DNA of 60,771 nt, counting the filler. It is 5 parts of 5 records of this genome, joined end to end, with 100 filler letters (N's around TTAATTAATTAA, not from the genome) between each part and the next. Parts side by side here need not be neighbours in the genome. Positions count along the whole stretch, not along the records: positions 1 to 11,342 come from SRR22947725_4195; 4 more parts are not named here. The stretch is one strand, 5' to 3'. The translations under genes and the position numbers were made by a program. The notes beneath the pieces were generated by a model that made no database searches, was not told where the DNA came from, and saw nothing but the letters and a program-made list of their open reading frames with translations. Positions 1 to 9,599 of the stretch are shown piece by piece (within the stretch, counting starts at the first letter, position 1; each line of letters starts with the position of its first letter).

Positions 1-1142
1 ATTTCTTTAATAACTTCACCCATAGTTAAACCCTCTTTAGTTGGGAATAAATCATCTTTTATTACTGATTCATGCTCTACCTTATATAGTTCTTTAAAAT
101 CATTAAGCCATTTGTCATGTTTTCTTGATTTCAATAAGGGTAAAATCTTACTTAAGCTCTCTTTGGCATCTCCTAAAACTGGAACATCTGCTTTTACATT
201 CTTGTCTATTTCAGCAGGGTCTATTTCAAAATGAATTACTTTTGCCTGCTTTGCATATTTATCTAAATTTCCCGTAACTCTATCATCAAACCTCATTCCT
301 ATTGCAATCAAAAGATCACATTCATTTGTAAGCAAATTTGGCGCATAATTACCGTGCATACCAACCATTCCAACATTCAAAGGGTGTGAAGTAGGGATAG
401 CTGAAACTCCCATTATAGTCCATGCCGCTGGAATACCTGTTTTTTCAACAAAAGCTTGAAATTCTTTTTCTGCTTTCGATAAAATAACTCCTTGACCCCA
501 AACAATCATTGGCTTAACTGCTTTATTAATAAGATCAGCTGCTAAATTTAAACTTGTAGTCTCCAGTTTTGGGACTGGTTTGTAACTTCTTATACCTGTT
601 ACTTTTGAATAATTAAAATCAAACATTTCAAATTGAGCATCTTTAGTAATATCTATTAAAACTGGACCAGGTCTACCACTTTTAGCGATATAAAATGCTT
701 TTGCTAATACATTTGGAATATCAGAAGCTTTAGTAATTTGATGATTCCACTTTGTAACAGGTGTAGAAATGCCAACTATATCTGTTTCTTGAAAAGCATC
801 ACTACCTAATAAATGTGAGGCTACTTGTCCTGTGATACAAACCATTGGAGTTGAATCAATTTGAGCATCAGCTAAACCAGTCACTAAATTTGTAGCTCCA
901 GGACCTGAAGTTGCAATTGCAACACCTACTTTACCTGATATTCTCGCAAATCCTTGAGCAGAATGCGTAGCACCCTGTTCGTGCCTTGACAACACATGAT
1001 GAATTTTATCTTCATATTTATGAAGTTCATCATAAACTGGCATTATAGCACCACCAGGGTAGCCATATATGATTTCTACTCCTTCAGCTATTAAACATTT
1101 AACAACAGCTTCACTTCCGCTTATTTTTTTTATACTACTCAT
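1..1142 (-). CDS. ilvB: Acetolactate synthase large subunit, 3'-truncated at the window edge (absent from the ORF track)
   Basis: Hand translation from ATG at 1142 gives MSSIKKISGSEAVVKCLIAEGVEIIYGYPGGAIMP...RHEQGA...ATSGPGATN, which are TPP-enzyme/AHAS motifs. It starts 2 bp after the ilvD stop. Confidence 0.95.
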   Translation of the reverse strand, partial: MSSIKKISGSEAVVKCLIAEGVEIIYGYPGGAIMPVYDELHKYEDKIHHVLSRHEQGATHSAQGFARISGKVGVAIATSGPGATNLVTGLADAQIDSTPMVCITGQVASHLLGSDAFQETDIVGISTPVTKWNHQITKASDIPNVLAKAFYIAKSGRPGPVLIDITKDAQFEMFDFNYSKVTGIRSYKPVPKLETTSLNLAADLINKAVKPMIVWGQGVILSKAEKEFQAFVEKTGIPAAWTIMGVSAIPTSHPLNVGMVGMHGNYAPNLLTNECDLLIAIGMRFDDRVTGNLDKYAKQAKVIHFEIDPAEIDKNVKADVPVLGDAKESLSKILPLLKSRKHDKWLNDFKELYKVEHESVIKDDLFPTKEGLTMGEVIKE

Positions 1143-1144
1143 TT

Positions 1145-2821
1145 TTAAAATTCATCTGTAACACAGCCTTTGGAAGCCGATGAAACAGTTTTTGCATATT
1201 TATATAAAGAACCAAAATCTATTTTCAATTTTGGTTCAATCCATTTATTTTTTCTTTTAATTAACTCATTCTCTTCAACATCTAGAGTTATTGTATTTTT
1301 TATTGCATCGATGACAATATTATCACCATTTTGAATCAAAGCAATATTACCGCCTACTTGAGCTTCTGGTGTTATATGGCCAACAACAAATCCGTGAGTA
1401 CCTCCAGAAAATCGACCATCTGTAATTAATGCAACATCTTTTCCAAGACCAGCACCCATAATTGCTGCTGTAGGTTTTAGCATTTCGGGCATTCCTGGAC
1501 CACCTTTGGGTCCTTCATATCTAATAACAACAACATCTCCTTTTTTTACTTTCCCTTCACCTATTCCCTTATTTGCAGCAAATTCTGAATCAAAGACAAT
1601 TGCTGAACCTTTAAAAACTAACCCTTCTTTCCCTGTAATTTTAGCTACTGAACCTTCCTCTGCAATATTTCCATATAATATTCTAATATGCCCAGAACTT
1701 TTAATTGGGTTTTCAATCGTTTTAACAACATCTTGGCCTATTTTAAGATCACTTACATCTTTTAAATTCTCTTCTAAAGTTTTCCCTGTAACGGTAAGAC
1801 ATTCTCCGTGAATTAATCCTTTTTTAAGAAGATATTTCAAAACAGCTGGAGTTCCTCCAATTTCATGTACATCTTCCATTAAATACTTTCCACTTGGCTT
1901 TAAATCTGCTATGAATGGAGTACTATCGCTGATTTTTTGAAAATCGTCTAATGTAAAATCTATTTTTGCAGCTCTAGCAATTGCTAGAAAGTGCAATACA
2001 GCATTGGTAGATCCTCCAAGTGCCACCACTAATCTTATTGCGTTTTCTAAAGATTTTCGAGTAATAATATCTAAAGGCTTTAAGTCTTTAACTAATAGAT
2101 TTTTAATCGCCTTACCACAGTTTTCAGATTCAATAACCTTTATCTTACTATTGGCAGGGTTTGAAGAATTGAAAGGTAAAGACATTCCTAAAGCTTCAAT
2201 AGCAGATGCCATTGTGTTAGCTGTATACATTCCGCCACATGCGCCTGCTCCAGGGCAAGCTTTCTTAATTATAGACTTATACTCATGGTTATCCATTTTA
2301 CCAGAGACCTTACTCCCCCATGCTTCAAAAGCAGAAACAATGTCTAATTTTTTACCATTATGACATCCTGAATCAATAGTTCCTCCATAAAGCAATATTG
2401 AAGGTCTGTTTAGTCTAATCATGGCCATTAATGCTCCTGGCATGTTTTTATCACATCCCACCACAGTAACTAATCCATCATAACTCATCGCCTGAACTAC
2501 AGTTTCCATAGAATCCGCAATAATATCTCTAGAAGGTAAAGAAAAACGCATTCCAGGTGTCCCCATTGAAATTCCATCACTAACTCCAATAGTATTAAAA
2601 ATTAAACCCGTAACGTTATTAGATAAGACTCCTTTTTTTACATGTTTAGACAAGTCATTTAAATGCATATTACATGGATTACCCTCATATCCAGTACTTG
2701 CAATACCGACAATTGCATTTTTAAAGTCAGATTCTTTCATCCCAATTGCATGTAACATTGCCTGAGCAGCAGGTTGAGTATCATCTTGAGTAACCGTTTT
2801 ACTATACTTATTTAAATTCAT
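1145..2821 (-). CDS. ilvD: Dihydroxy-acid dehydratase
   Basis: [33 protein letters not shown] and TDGRFSGG motifs; co-oriented with ilvB. Confidence 0.97.
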   Translation of the reverse strand: MNLNKYSKTVTQDDTQPAAQAMLHAIGMKESDFKNAIVGIASTGYEGNPCNMHLNDLSKHVKKGVLSNNVTGLIFNTIGVSDGISMGTPGMRFSLPSRDIIADSMETVVQAMSYDGLVTVVGCDKNMPGALMAMIRLNRPSILLYGGTIDSGCHNGKKLDIVSAFEAWGSKVSGKMDNHEYKSIIKKACPGAGACGGMYTANTMASAIEALGMSLPFNSSNPANSKIKVIESENCGKAIKNLLVKDLKPLDIITRKSLENAIRLVVALGGSTNAVLHFLAIARAAKIDFTLDDFQKISDSTPFIADLKPSGKYLMEDVHEIGGTPAVLKYLLKKGLIHGECLTVTGKTLEENLKDVSDLKIGQDVVKTIENPIKSSGHIRILYGNIAEEGSVAKITGKEGLVFKGSAIVFDSEFAANKGIGEGKVKKGDVVVIRYEGPKGGPGMPEMLKPTAAIMGAGLGKDVALITDGRFSGGTHGFVVGHITPEAQVGGNIALIQNGDNIVIDAIKNTITLDVEENELIKRKNKWIEPKLKIDFGSLYKYAKTVSSASKGCVTDEF

Positions 2822-2834
2822 TTTATGAGATTCT

Positions 2835-2842
2835 CAAAATTA
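2835..2842 (-). promoter_or_regulatory. Bacteroidota -7 promoter element for ilvD-ilvB
   Basis: The minus strand reads TAATTTTG, matching TAnnTTTG, 13 nt before the ilvD ATG. Confidence 0.5.
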
Positions 2843-3028
2843 AAGGCTTTAATTAAATTATTCTTAGTGAAAGATGGTTAAATTTGAACTATTCATATTT
2901 ATCTATTTTTCAGTGATTTAACCTTATAAATCCAAAATAAATATATATTTATTAATTGAATATTAAAAATTAATAACCCAAATATTAATGATAAATATTA
3001 ATTACTAATTTATTTGTTAATAATTCAT

Positions 3029-3036
3029 TATTTTTG
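3029..3036 (+). promoter_or_regulatory. Bacteroidota -7 promoter element for the metK leader
   Basis: TATTTTTG matches TAnnTTTG and lies about 10 nt before the riboswitch P1 strand. Confidence 0.5.
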
Positions 3037-3043
3037 GGTTATA

Positions 3044-3120
3044 AATGAGGAAAAATTTGACTGATTGCAACCTCAAGAAAAAATGCTAAAATTGATTTTC
3101 TCTTTCCATGCAATTTGTCG
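3044..3120 (+). ncRNA. SAM-II-class riboswitch (putative) in the metK leader
   Basis: P1 stem TGAGG(3046-3050)/CCTCA(3071-3075) encloses ATTTG...TTGCA and is followed by an A-rich linker and GCTAAA(3085-3090). This is the SAM-II motif order, directly upstream of SAM synthetase. Confidence 0.7.
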
Positions 3121-3138
3121 AGCCTATAAAACATTAAT

Positions 3139-4395
3139 ATGACATATTTGTTTACATCAGAAAGTGTATCGGAGGGACATCCAGATAAAGTTGCGGATCA
3201 AATTAGTGACGCTCTAATTGATAATTTTCTAGCATTTGATAAAAACTCAAAAGTTGCTTGTGAAACATTAGTTACGACTGGACAAGTAATTCTTGCTGGT
3301 GAAGTTAAATCATCCATATATTTAGATGTACAGAAAATCGCAAGAGACACAATCAATAAAATTGGGTACACTAAAAGTGATTATATGTTTGATGGAAATT
3401 CGTGTGGCGTTTTTTCTTCTATTCACGAACAATCAGAAGACATCAATAGAGGGGTAGATAAAGAACTTAAAAACGATCAGGGAGCTGGAGATCAAGGAAT
3501 GATGTTTGGCTATGCCACAAATGAAACAGAAAACTACATTCCACTTTCTTTAGATTTATCTCATCTAATTTTAAAAGAGCTAGCTCAACTAAGAAAAGAA
3601 AATGACGAAATAAAATACTTAAGACCAGACTCTAAAAGCCAAGTTACTATTGAATATGACAAAAATAACAAACCCCTAAGAATTGACACCATAGTGATTT
3701 CTACTCAACATGATGATTTTGATGAAGAAAAAATTATGCTAAAAAAAATAAAAAAGGACATTTTAGAAATACTTATCCCAAGAGTGGTTAATAAATGCCC
3801 TTTAAAGTCTAAACATTTATTTGATTGTGATATAAAATATCATATAAACCCAACTGGAAAATTTGTTATTGGTGGTCCACACGGGGATACTGGACTGACA
3901 GGCAGAAAGATTATTGTAGACACCTATGGCGGAAAAGGTGGACATGGGGGTGGAGCTTTTTCAGGAAAAGATCCAAGCAAGGTAGACAGAAGCGCAGCTT
4001 ACGCTACAAGACATATTGCTAAAAACCTTGTAGCATCTGGAATTTGCAATGAAGTCTTAGTGCAAGTTAGTTACGCGATAGGAGTTTCAAAGCCAGTCTC
4101 TATCTATATTAACACATACGGATCTGCTAATTATAAATTTTCAGACACTGAAATAAGTGAAAAAATTTCAGACATCTTTGACCTAAGCCCTGCTGCTATA
4201 GAAAAAAGATTAAAACTTAGAAATCCTATTTATCTAGAGACAGCTGCATACGGTCACATGGGGAGAAAAAATAAAATCGTCAATAAAACATTCGAACAAC
4301 CTAACGGTAACAAAATATCGCTAGATGTTGAGCTATTTACATGGGAAAAACTAGACTTAGTTGAAAAAATTAAAGCAGAATTTAATCTAAATTAA
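3139..4395 (+). CDS. metK: S-adenosylmethionine synthetase
   Basis: [19 protein letters not shown] and [16 protein letters not shown] signatures. Confidence 0.98.
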   Translation: MTYLFTSESVSEGHPDKVADQISDALIDNFLAFDKNSKVACETLVTTGQVILAGEVKSSIYLDVQKIARDTINKIGYTKSDYMFDGNSCGVFSSIHEQSEDINRGVDKELKNDQGAGDQGMMFGYATNETENYIPLSLDLSHLILKELAQLRKENDEIKYLRPDSKSQVTIEYDKNNKPLRIDTIVISTQHDDFDEEKIMLKKIKKDILEILIPRVVNKCPLKSKHLFDCDIKYHINPTGKFVIGGPHGDTGLTGRKIIVDTYGGKGGHGGGAFSGKDPSKVDRSAAYATRHIAKNLVASGICNEVLVQVSYAIGVSKPVSIYINTYGSANYKFSDTEISEKISDIFDLSPAAIEKRLKLRNPIYLETAAYGHMGRKNKIVNKTFEQPNGNKISLDVELFTWEKLDLVEKIKAEFNLN

Positions 4396-4400
4396 TTGCT

Positions 4401-7151
4401 TTATAAATCATAAACTAGTCTGAAAGTTATAAATCTTGGCTGAATAAAATACTCAGTTGAACTTATTGAAATATTTCCAGTGTTTGATTGATTTTGAGAT
4501 TTAGTATTAAGTAAATTGGTAGCTTTTAATTCAAATTCCCATTTACTATCTTGATCTTTTTTGTAAGCAAGTGATGCATCCCAAAATTCGTACTCATTTA
4601 AAACAGCTCTGTCATTGCTAAAGGAGGTGTTTGTATACCTCGATCTAAAAGTAAATGATTTTAAAATTAGTGCATCTACATCGATAAATGGAGCTTTTGT
4701 GTAAAATTTACTTTCAACATCACCCAAAATATTATTAGTTAATGAATACTTATATCCAAGTTCTACATTTGGTGCTTCTCTAAACGATGTTCTAACAGTT
4801 GCTCCATAATTTTGAGAAAGATTTTCACTAATACTAGGATTATTTATATCAGAAATATACTGATTGAATTTAGAGAAATTAATGCCACTAGATAATGATG
4901 CTCTAATTTTCCCAAATTGTCTTTGAAATCTACCATTAGCAGAAAAATTTTCATCTGCAAAAGGAGAATTAAAAGGAGAACTAGAAGCCACAACACTCTC
5001 AAATGTTGTAAGGTTTCTAATTTGATCTATACTTTTATTGTATGAGATTCTTGCAAATATATTAGTGTAATTAAATAAGTTGAAACTAAAATAATTAAGA
5101 TTAAAGCTGTGCGAAATAGCATTTTGTATTTCATTATCTCCACTAAAGATAGAATTATAGTTATTTAAAACTAATCCTTGAGCTATTTTAGAAACGTCTG
5201 TAAATTGAGTTCTCATCGCATAATTAAATCTTATTGACTCACTTTGTTTAAGTTGAATTATCGCATTAAAATCAGGTAATATTTTAAAGAATGAATCAGA
5301 GTAATCAACAGAAAATTGACTATTTTTCGAATTGTAGGCGTGTGCAGTAAAACCAGGGCTAAGAGTAAAAATGCCAGATTTAAGCCTGTAATGCATACCA
5401 ACATAATAATCAGAAAAATTATAATTTACATTGTTATAATCAATTCCGTTATTTACTGTAGGAATTGACTCATAAATATCTCCATTATCTAAAAACTGAA
5501 ATATATTAGAGTCAAATTTTTGATCACTTAAAATAGTTCCAACAGTGAAATTAATGTCACTTTTTATGTTTAATATGTTCCAATAGTCAAGTTTAGCGTC
5601 TAACTGATTAGTCTTCACTAGTTTTTCTTGATTAATATTAAAATTAGATTGATTATTATCAAAACCTAGTCCTAAAGCTGTGTTTTGATAATTAGCATCA
5701 TTTTCTAAAATAGCATTGTAAAATGGATCATCTTCACTAATAAGATGTTGTGCTTCAAGTGCAAAAATGTTCTTTTCGTCTAAAGTGTAATAATAATTAA
5801 GATTTTGATTTACACTAAATGCTTCAGAATTTTCATCTTGAATTGTATTTCCTAAAACAGAAGAAAATAAAGTTTGGTCCTGACTTTCAATTGAGTTTCT
5901 AGTTAAAATTTCATAATCTAACTGATTATTCGAATTAGGTTTGTATTTAACTGTAAATTTAGATAGCGCGAGATCACTAACCTGTGCAGTATTAGTCTCT
6001 GTTTCTTCATCAGGAATTCCAAGTTCAGTATTTATATATTGAGTGGAGTTTTTTTCTTGTAGATCAATATCACTTCGTGTTAAAATGACAAATCCATAAA
6101 GATCAAGTTTTTTATTAGGTGAATAACTAAAATTAGCTGCACCAAATTTTGAGGATATATCTTTTGCTTTGTTATTTTGCAATTGTAAAAAACCTAAGTT
6201 GTTATTACCTAAGCTGATTGACGTACCACTTTTACTGCTTGGCTGACTAAATCCACCTGAAAAATTAAAATAATCTCTTCTGGTGAAAGCTAACTCGCCT
6301 ATATTATTTAAATCCCCTATGACATTAACAGTGTATTTGGGGCTGTAATAAAATAGTTTAGGCTGAAACAAATACAGACTCTGGTTATCGACGTCTGTAT
6401 CGGAAGTATTATTCAACAATCCTTCAATTGCTGAGACTCCAGCAGTGACATTTCCAAACCAAAATTTATCTTTTCCTTTTTTTAATTTAATGTTAATAGC
6501 AATATTATCCTGGTTGTTTTGAACCCCACTTAATTGCCCTACTTCAGAGTAATTTTTTAATATCTGTACCTTATCTATAGCATTCGAAGGAATATTTTTA
6601 GTTGCTATTTTCGTATCTCCGTCAAAAAAATCTTTACCCTCAACCATTACTTTTCCAACTACTTTTCCTTCAACTTCAATCTGACCATCGTCGTTGACCT
6701 CTACTCCTGGAAGGTTTTTAAGTACATCCTCTAACTTTCTCTCAGTTCCAGTATTAAATGAATCAGCGTTGTAAATTAAAGTATCGCCACTAATTTTAAC
6801 AGGCATTTCGTAAGTAAGTTCAACTGCATCTAAAACATTGCTTTGGGATAATGTAAAATCTTTATTAATATCGTTTTCCTTAGAATCAATCTGTCTAGAA
6901 ATGGACTCCATTCCAATATAACTCACTTGTAAATTATAAGAAGTGTTCTTTTGAAGTGATAATTTATATTCACCATTTGCATTAGAAATGGCAAAGCTTT
7001 CTAAAGCACTTGTTTCCTTGTTAATTAAAATAACATTAGCAAGTTCTAATGGGTTATTTAAACTATCCTTGACTAAACCTTCCATTTTAATTTGAGAAAA
7101 AGTCAAATTTGTAGTTAATAACAATACGAATGTGTATATAATCTTATTCAT
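4401..7151 (-). CDS. Outer-membrane beta-barrel/TonB-dependent-receptor-like protein with an N-terminal carboxypeptidase-regulatory-like domain
   Basis: Signal peptide; GLVKDS..PLE.ANV domain; DTLIYNADSF and LKNLPGVEV plug-like segment; beta-strand pattern ending NLLN...QPRFITFRLVYDL. Confidence 0.8.
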   Translation of the reverse strand: MNKIIYTFVLLLTTNLTFSQIKMEGLVKDSLNNPLELANVILINKETSALESFAISNANGEYKLSLQKNTSYNLQVSYIGMESISRQIDSKENDINKDFTLSQSNVLDAVELTYEMPVKISGDTLIYNADSFNTGTERKLEDVLKNLPGVEVNDDGQIEVEGKVVGKVMVEGKDFFDGDTKIATKNIPSNAIDKVQILKNYSEVGQLSGVQNNQDNIAINIKLKKGKDKFWFGNVTAGVSAIEGLLNNTSDTDVDNQSLYLFQPKLFYYSPKYTVNVIGDLNNIGELAFTRRDYFNFSGGFSQPSSKSGTSISLGNNNLGFLQLQNNKAKDISSKFGAANFSYSPNKKLDLYGFVILTRSDIDLQEKNSTQYINTELGIPDEETETNTAQVSDLALSKFTVKYKPNSNNQLDYEILTRNSIESQDQTLFSSVLGNTIQDENSEAFSVNQNLNYYYTLDEKNIFALEAQHLISEDDPFYNAILENDANYQNTALGLGFDNNQSNFNINQEKLVKTNQLDAKLDYWNILNIKSDINFTVGTILSDQKFDSNIFQFLDNGDIYESIPTVNNGIDYNNVNYNFSDYYVGMHYRLKSGIFTLSPGFTAHAYNSKNSQFSVDYSDSFFKILPDFNAIIQLKQSESIRFNYAMRTQFTDVSKIAQGLVLNNYNSIFSGDNEIQNAISHSFNLNYFSFNLFNYTNIFARISYNKSIDQIRNLTTFESVVASSSPFNSPFADENFSANGRFQRQFGKIRASLSSGINFSKFNQYISDINNPSISENLSQNYGATVRTSFREAPNVELGYKYSLTNNILGDVESKFYTKAPFIDVDALILKSFTFRSRYTNTSFSNDRAVLNEYEFWDASLAYKKDQDSKWEFELKATNLLNTKSQNQSNTGNISISSTEYFIQPRFITFRLVYDL

Positions 7152-7170
7152 GATTTAATTTTAAATATTT

Positions 7171-8076
7171 CTAATTCCATCTACCACCACGAGATCTTCC
7201 TCTATTATCTCTCATTTCTTGCATCTTAAATTGAACCATATCGGTATATTCTTTTTTAGTAACAACATCTCCTTTAGTTGGTCTAATAATTTCATCCTTC
7301 TTCTCCGGATTTAATACAATTTTTGAACATAACATTGTGGTGTTTTTTGTGTTTAATTCCAATATTAAACCTGGTAAACCATAAGACTGTTCAGGTCCAT
7401 TGCTTACTGGAATTTGAGGGGTATACCAAGCTACAATAGTTTCAATTTTTGCATCAACTACAACCTCTTCTATCTCTTCTACTTTAGTGTTTGTTTCCTC
7501 ATCAACATCTGAAATTTTTTCATTGTTGTCATTTTCTTTGTTTGTTGAATCTTTGGATGTTTGATTTCTTGACCCTCTAAGGCTCTCCCAACTAAAGTTG
7601 TCATTTACTCTTTTTCCGACAGCTTTAAAACAGATATAGTTACCAATTTGTTTTTGTTCACCCGTCATTTCCCAAACAAATTCTGGTAACTTATCATTAA
7701 CTAAAAACTTTTTACCAAAGAATTCATTTTCCTGTAGATATACCTTTTCTTTAATATTTTTATACATCTCTGGATTACCGCTTCCAGCACTCATAAACAT
7801 AGCTCCCATACCAGATCTTCCTGAGCCTGGAGCGTCTAGTCTTTCTTCTTCTTCAAAAGTAGACTCTGTCCTATTAAAAGTTAAGATAAAAGTCTTTTCT
7901 AAATAGGGTTTCATCCTGTCTTTCATTGCACTTTTTTGCTCGGCAGACATTCTGCTTCCCCAACTTCCTAGATCCATTGTAGTTTTTGACTTATAAAAAG
8001 CTTTTCCTTGAAAATCTTGAGAAAATGAATTTATAGAAATAAAAAATAAAATTATTATTGAGAGTAATTTTTTCAT
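7171..8076 (-). CDS. GLPGLI family protein (Bacteroidota)
   Basis: Signal peptide; AWYTPQIPVSNGP..YGLPGLILE motif. Confidence 0.9.
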   Translation of the reverse strand: MKKLLSIIILFFISINSFSQDFQGKAFYKSKTTMDLGSWGSRMSAEQKSAMKDRMKPYLEKTFILTFNRTESTFEEEERLDAPGSGRSGMGAMFMSAGSGNPEMYKNIKEKVYLQENEFFGKKFLVNDKLPEFVWEMTGEQKQIGNYICFKAVGKRVNDNFSWESLRGSRNQTSKDSTNKENDNNEKISDVDEETNTKVEEIEEVVVDAKIETIVAWYTPQIPVSNGPEQSYGLPGLILELNTKNTTMLCSKIVLNPEKKDEIIRPTKGDVVTKKEYTDMVQFKMQEMRDNRGRSRGGRWN

Positions 8077-8156
8077 GAGTCTTAATTTTTAGCTAAATTA
8101 TAAAGGTTGTAAATCAAAATAGTTAATATTATCTTAAAAGATTGTATCTTAATTTG

Positions 8157-8936
8157 GTGAGATTTTTTATTATAATATATCAATTATTTTTTTCTGCTTT
8201 AGCAAATGAAAATTCGTTAGAATTTAAATTAAATTTCAAGAAAGAGATAATAAACAATAATATTAAGGCAGTAGATAATTTTAACAACATTTATGTTATA
8301 GAAAATAATGAGCTAATTAAAAGTTCGGATACTAAAGACTATTATTATAAAAACAGTTTATATTCAAATATTTCCTCAATTGATGTTCAAAATTCCTTTA
8401 AAATAAAATTGTTTTATGAAGATTACAACACCTTAATTGTTCTTGATAACAAACTTTCCGAAATATCAGAAATTAATTTCAACATAATTAATCCCAGTAA
8501 AATAATTTCTAAGTTTTCTGCTTCAAATGACAATAATATATGGGTCTACAATGAACTTAACTCAAAAATTGAATTGTATAACTACATTAATAATACATTT
8601 AGAATTGTTAATTCTGAAATTTCAGGAGAAGTAATTTCATTAGAAAGCAACTATAAGTATTGTTGGGTTCTAACAGATTCTCACATATATAAATTCAATT
8701 ATTTTGGGAGTTTGATTACTAAAATTTCGGTAAATAACATTGAGAAAATTGAAAGTTTTAATGATTTTTTAATTTTCAAAAGAAATAATCAATTGTTTTA
8801 TTTTGATCAAGATCTTTTATTAGAGAATAAATTAAAATTAGAAAATTTATTAATAAAAGATTTTTTTGTAACCAATCAAAGCTTGTATATTTACGATTCT
8901 GAACATTTTATTAAGTATCAAATTCAAAAAAAATAA
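8157..8936 (+). CDS. Hypothetical exported beta-rich (propeller-like) protein
   Basis: Long ORF (the track starts it at TTG 8142; the in-frame GTG at 8157 gives a cleaner signal peptide); repeated D.FNNIY/NIWVY/LYIYD strands; 3 bp before the kinase gene. Confidence 0.6.
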   Translation: MRFFIIIYQLFFSALANENSLEFKLNFKKEIINNNIKAVDNFNNIYVIENNELIKSSDTKDYYYKNSLYSNISSIDVQNSFKIKLFYEDYNTLIVLDNKLSEISEINFNIINPSKIISKFSASNDNNIWVYNELNSKIELYNYINNTFRIVNSEISGEVISLESNYKYCWVLTDSHIYKFNYFGSLITKISVNNIEKIESFNDFLIFKRNNQLFYFDQDLLLENKLKLENLLIKDFFVTNQSLYIYDSEHFIKYQIQKK

Positions 8937-8939
8937 ATT

Positions 8940-9548
8940 ATGCATATTGCAATTGCAGGAAACATTGGAGCAGGAAAAACAACTTTAACTAATTCATTAG
9001 CTAAGCATTACAATTTTGAGGTACAACTTGAAGATGTAGTAGACAATCCTTATTTAGATGATTTCTACAATGAAATGGAAAGGTGGAGTTTTAATCTTCA
9101 GGTTTACTTTTTAAATAGCCGATTCAGACAGCTAATTGATATAACAGAAAGCAAAAAGAATGTAATTCAAGACAGAACAATTTATGAGGATGCGAATATA
9201 TTTGCACCCAATTTGCATGCAATGGGCTTAATGGCCAATCGTGATTTTGAAAACTACAAATCTCTATTTGAATTAATGGAATCAAAGGTTGAGGCTCCAG
9301 ATTTATTAATTTATTTAAGAAGCTCAATTCCCAATCTAGTTTCTCACATACACAAAAGAGGAAGAGACTATGAAAATTCTATAAGCATTGATTATTTAAG
9401 TAGATTAAATGAGCGCTATGAAGCTTGGATTCATAACTACAACAAAGGTGAATTATTAATAATTGATATTGATAATTTAGACTTTGTTGATCACCAAGAA
9501 GATTTAGAGAAAATAATTTCGATGGTTGATAAAAAATTAAAGAAATAA
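8940..9548 (+). CDS. Deoxynucleoside kinase (dAK/dGK family)
   Basis: IAGNIGAGKTT P-loop, QVYFL.SR, DRTIYED and RGR.YE lid motifs. Confidence 0.93.
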   Translation: MHIAIAGNIGAGKTTLTNSLAKHYNFEVQLEDVVDNPYLDDFYNEMERWSFNLQVYFLNSRFRQLIDITESKKNVIQDRTIYEDANIFAPNLHAMGLMANRDFENYKSLFELMESKVEAPDLLIYLRSSIPNLVSHIHKRGRDYENSISIDYLSRLNERYEAWIHNYNKGELLIIDIDNLDFVDHQEDLEKIISMVDKKLKK

Positions 9549-9580
9549 AAAAAGCCTCATTTAAAAATGAGGCTTTTTTT
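9547..9580. terminator. Bidirectional intrinsic terminator
   Basis: A7-GCCTCATTT-AA-AAATGAGGC-T7 between the convergent kinase and pyrophosphatase genes. Confidence 0.85.
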
Positions 9581-9599
9581 ATTAATTAAAATAATCAAT

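Noticed and set aside
1506-2363. Antisense ORFs within ilvD, and similar short shadow ORFs inside the TBDR, tmoV, folD, soxA/soxB, murB and murC
   Set aside because: They lie entirely within well-supported genes, show no recognisable motifs, and are expected by-products of codon bias.
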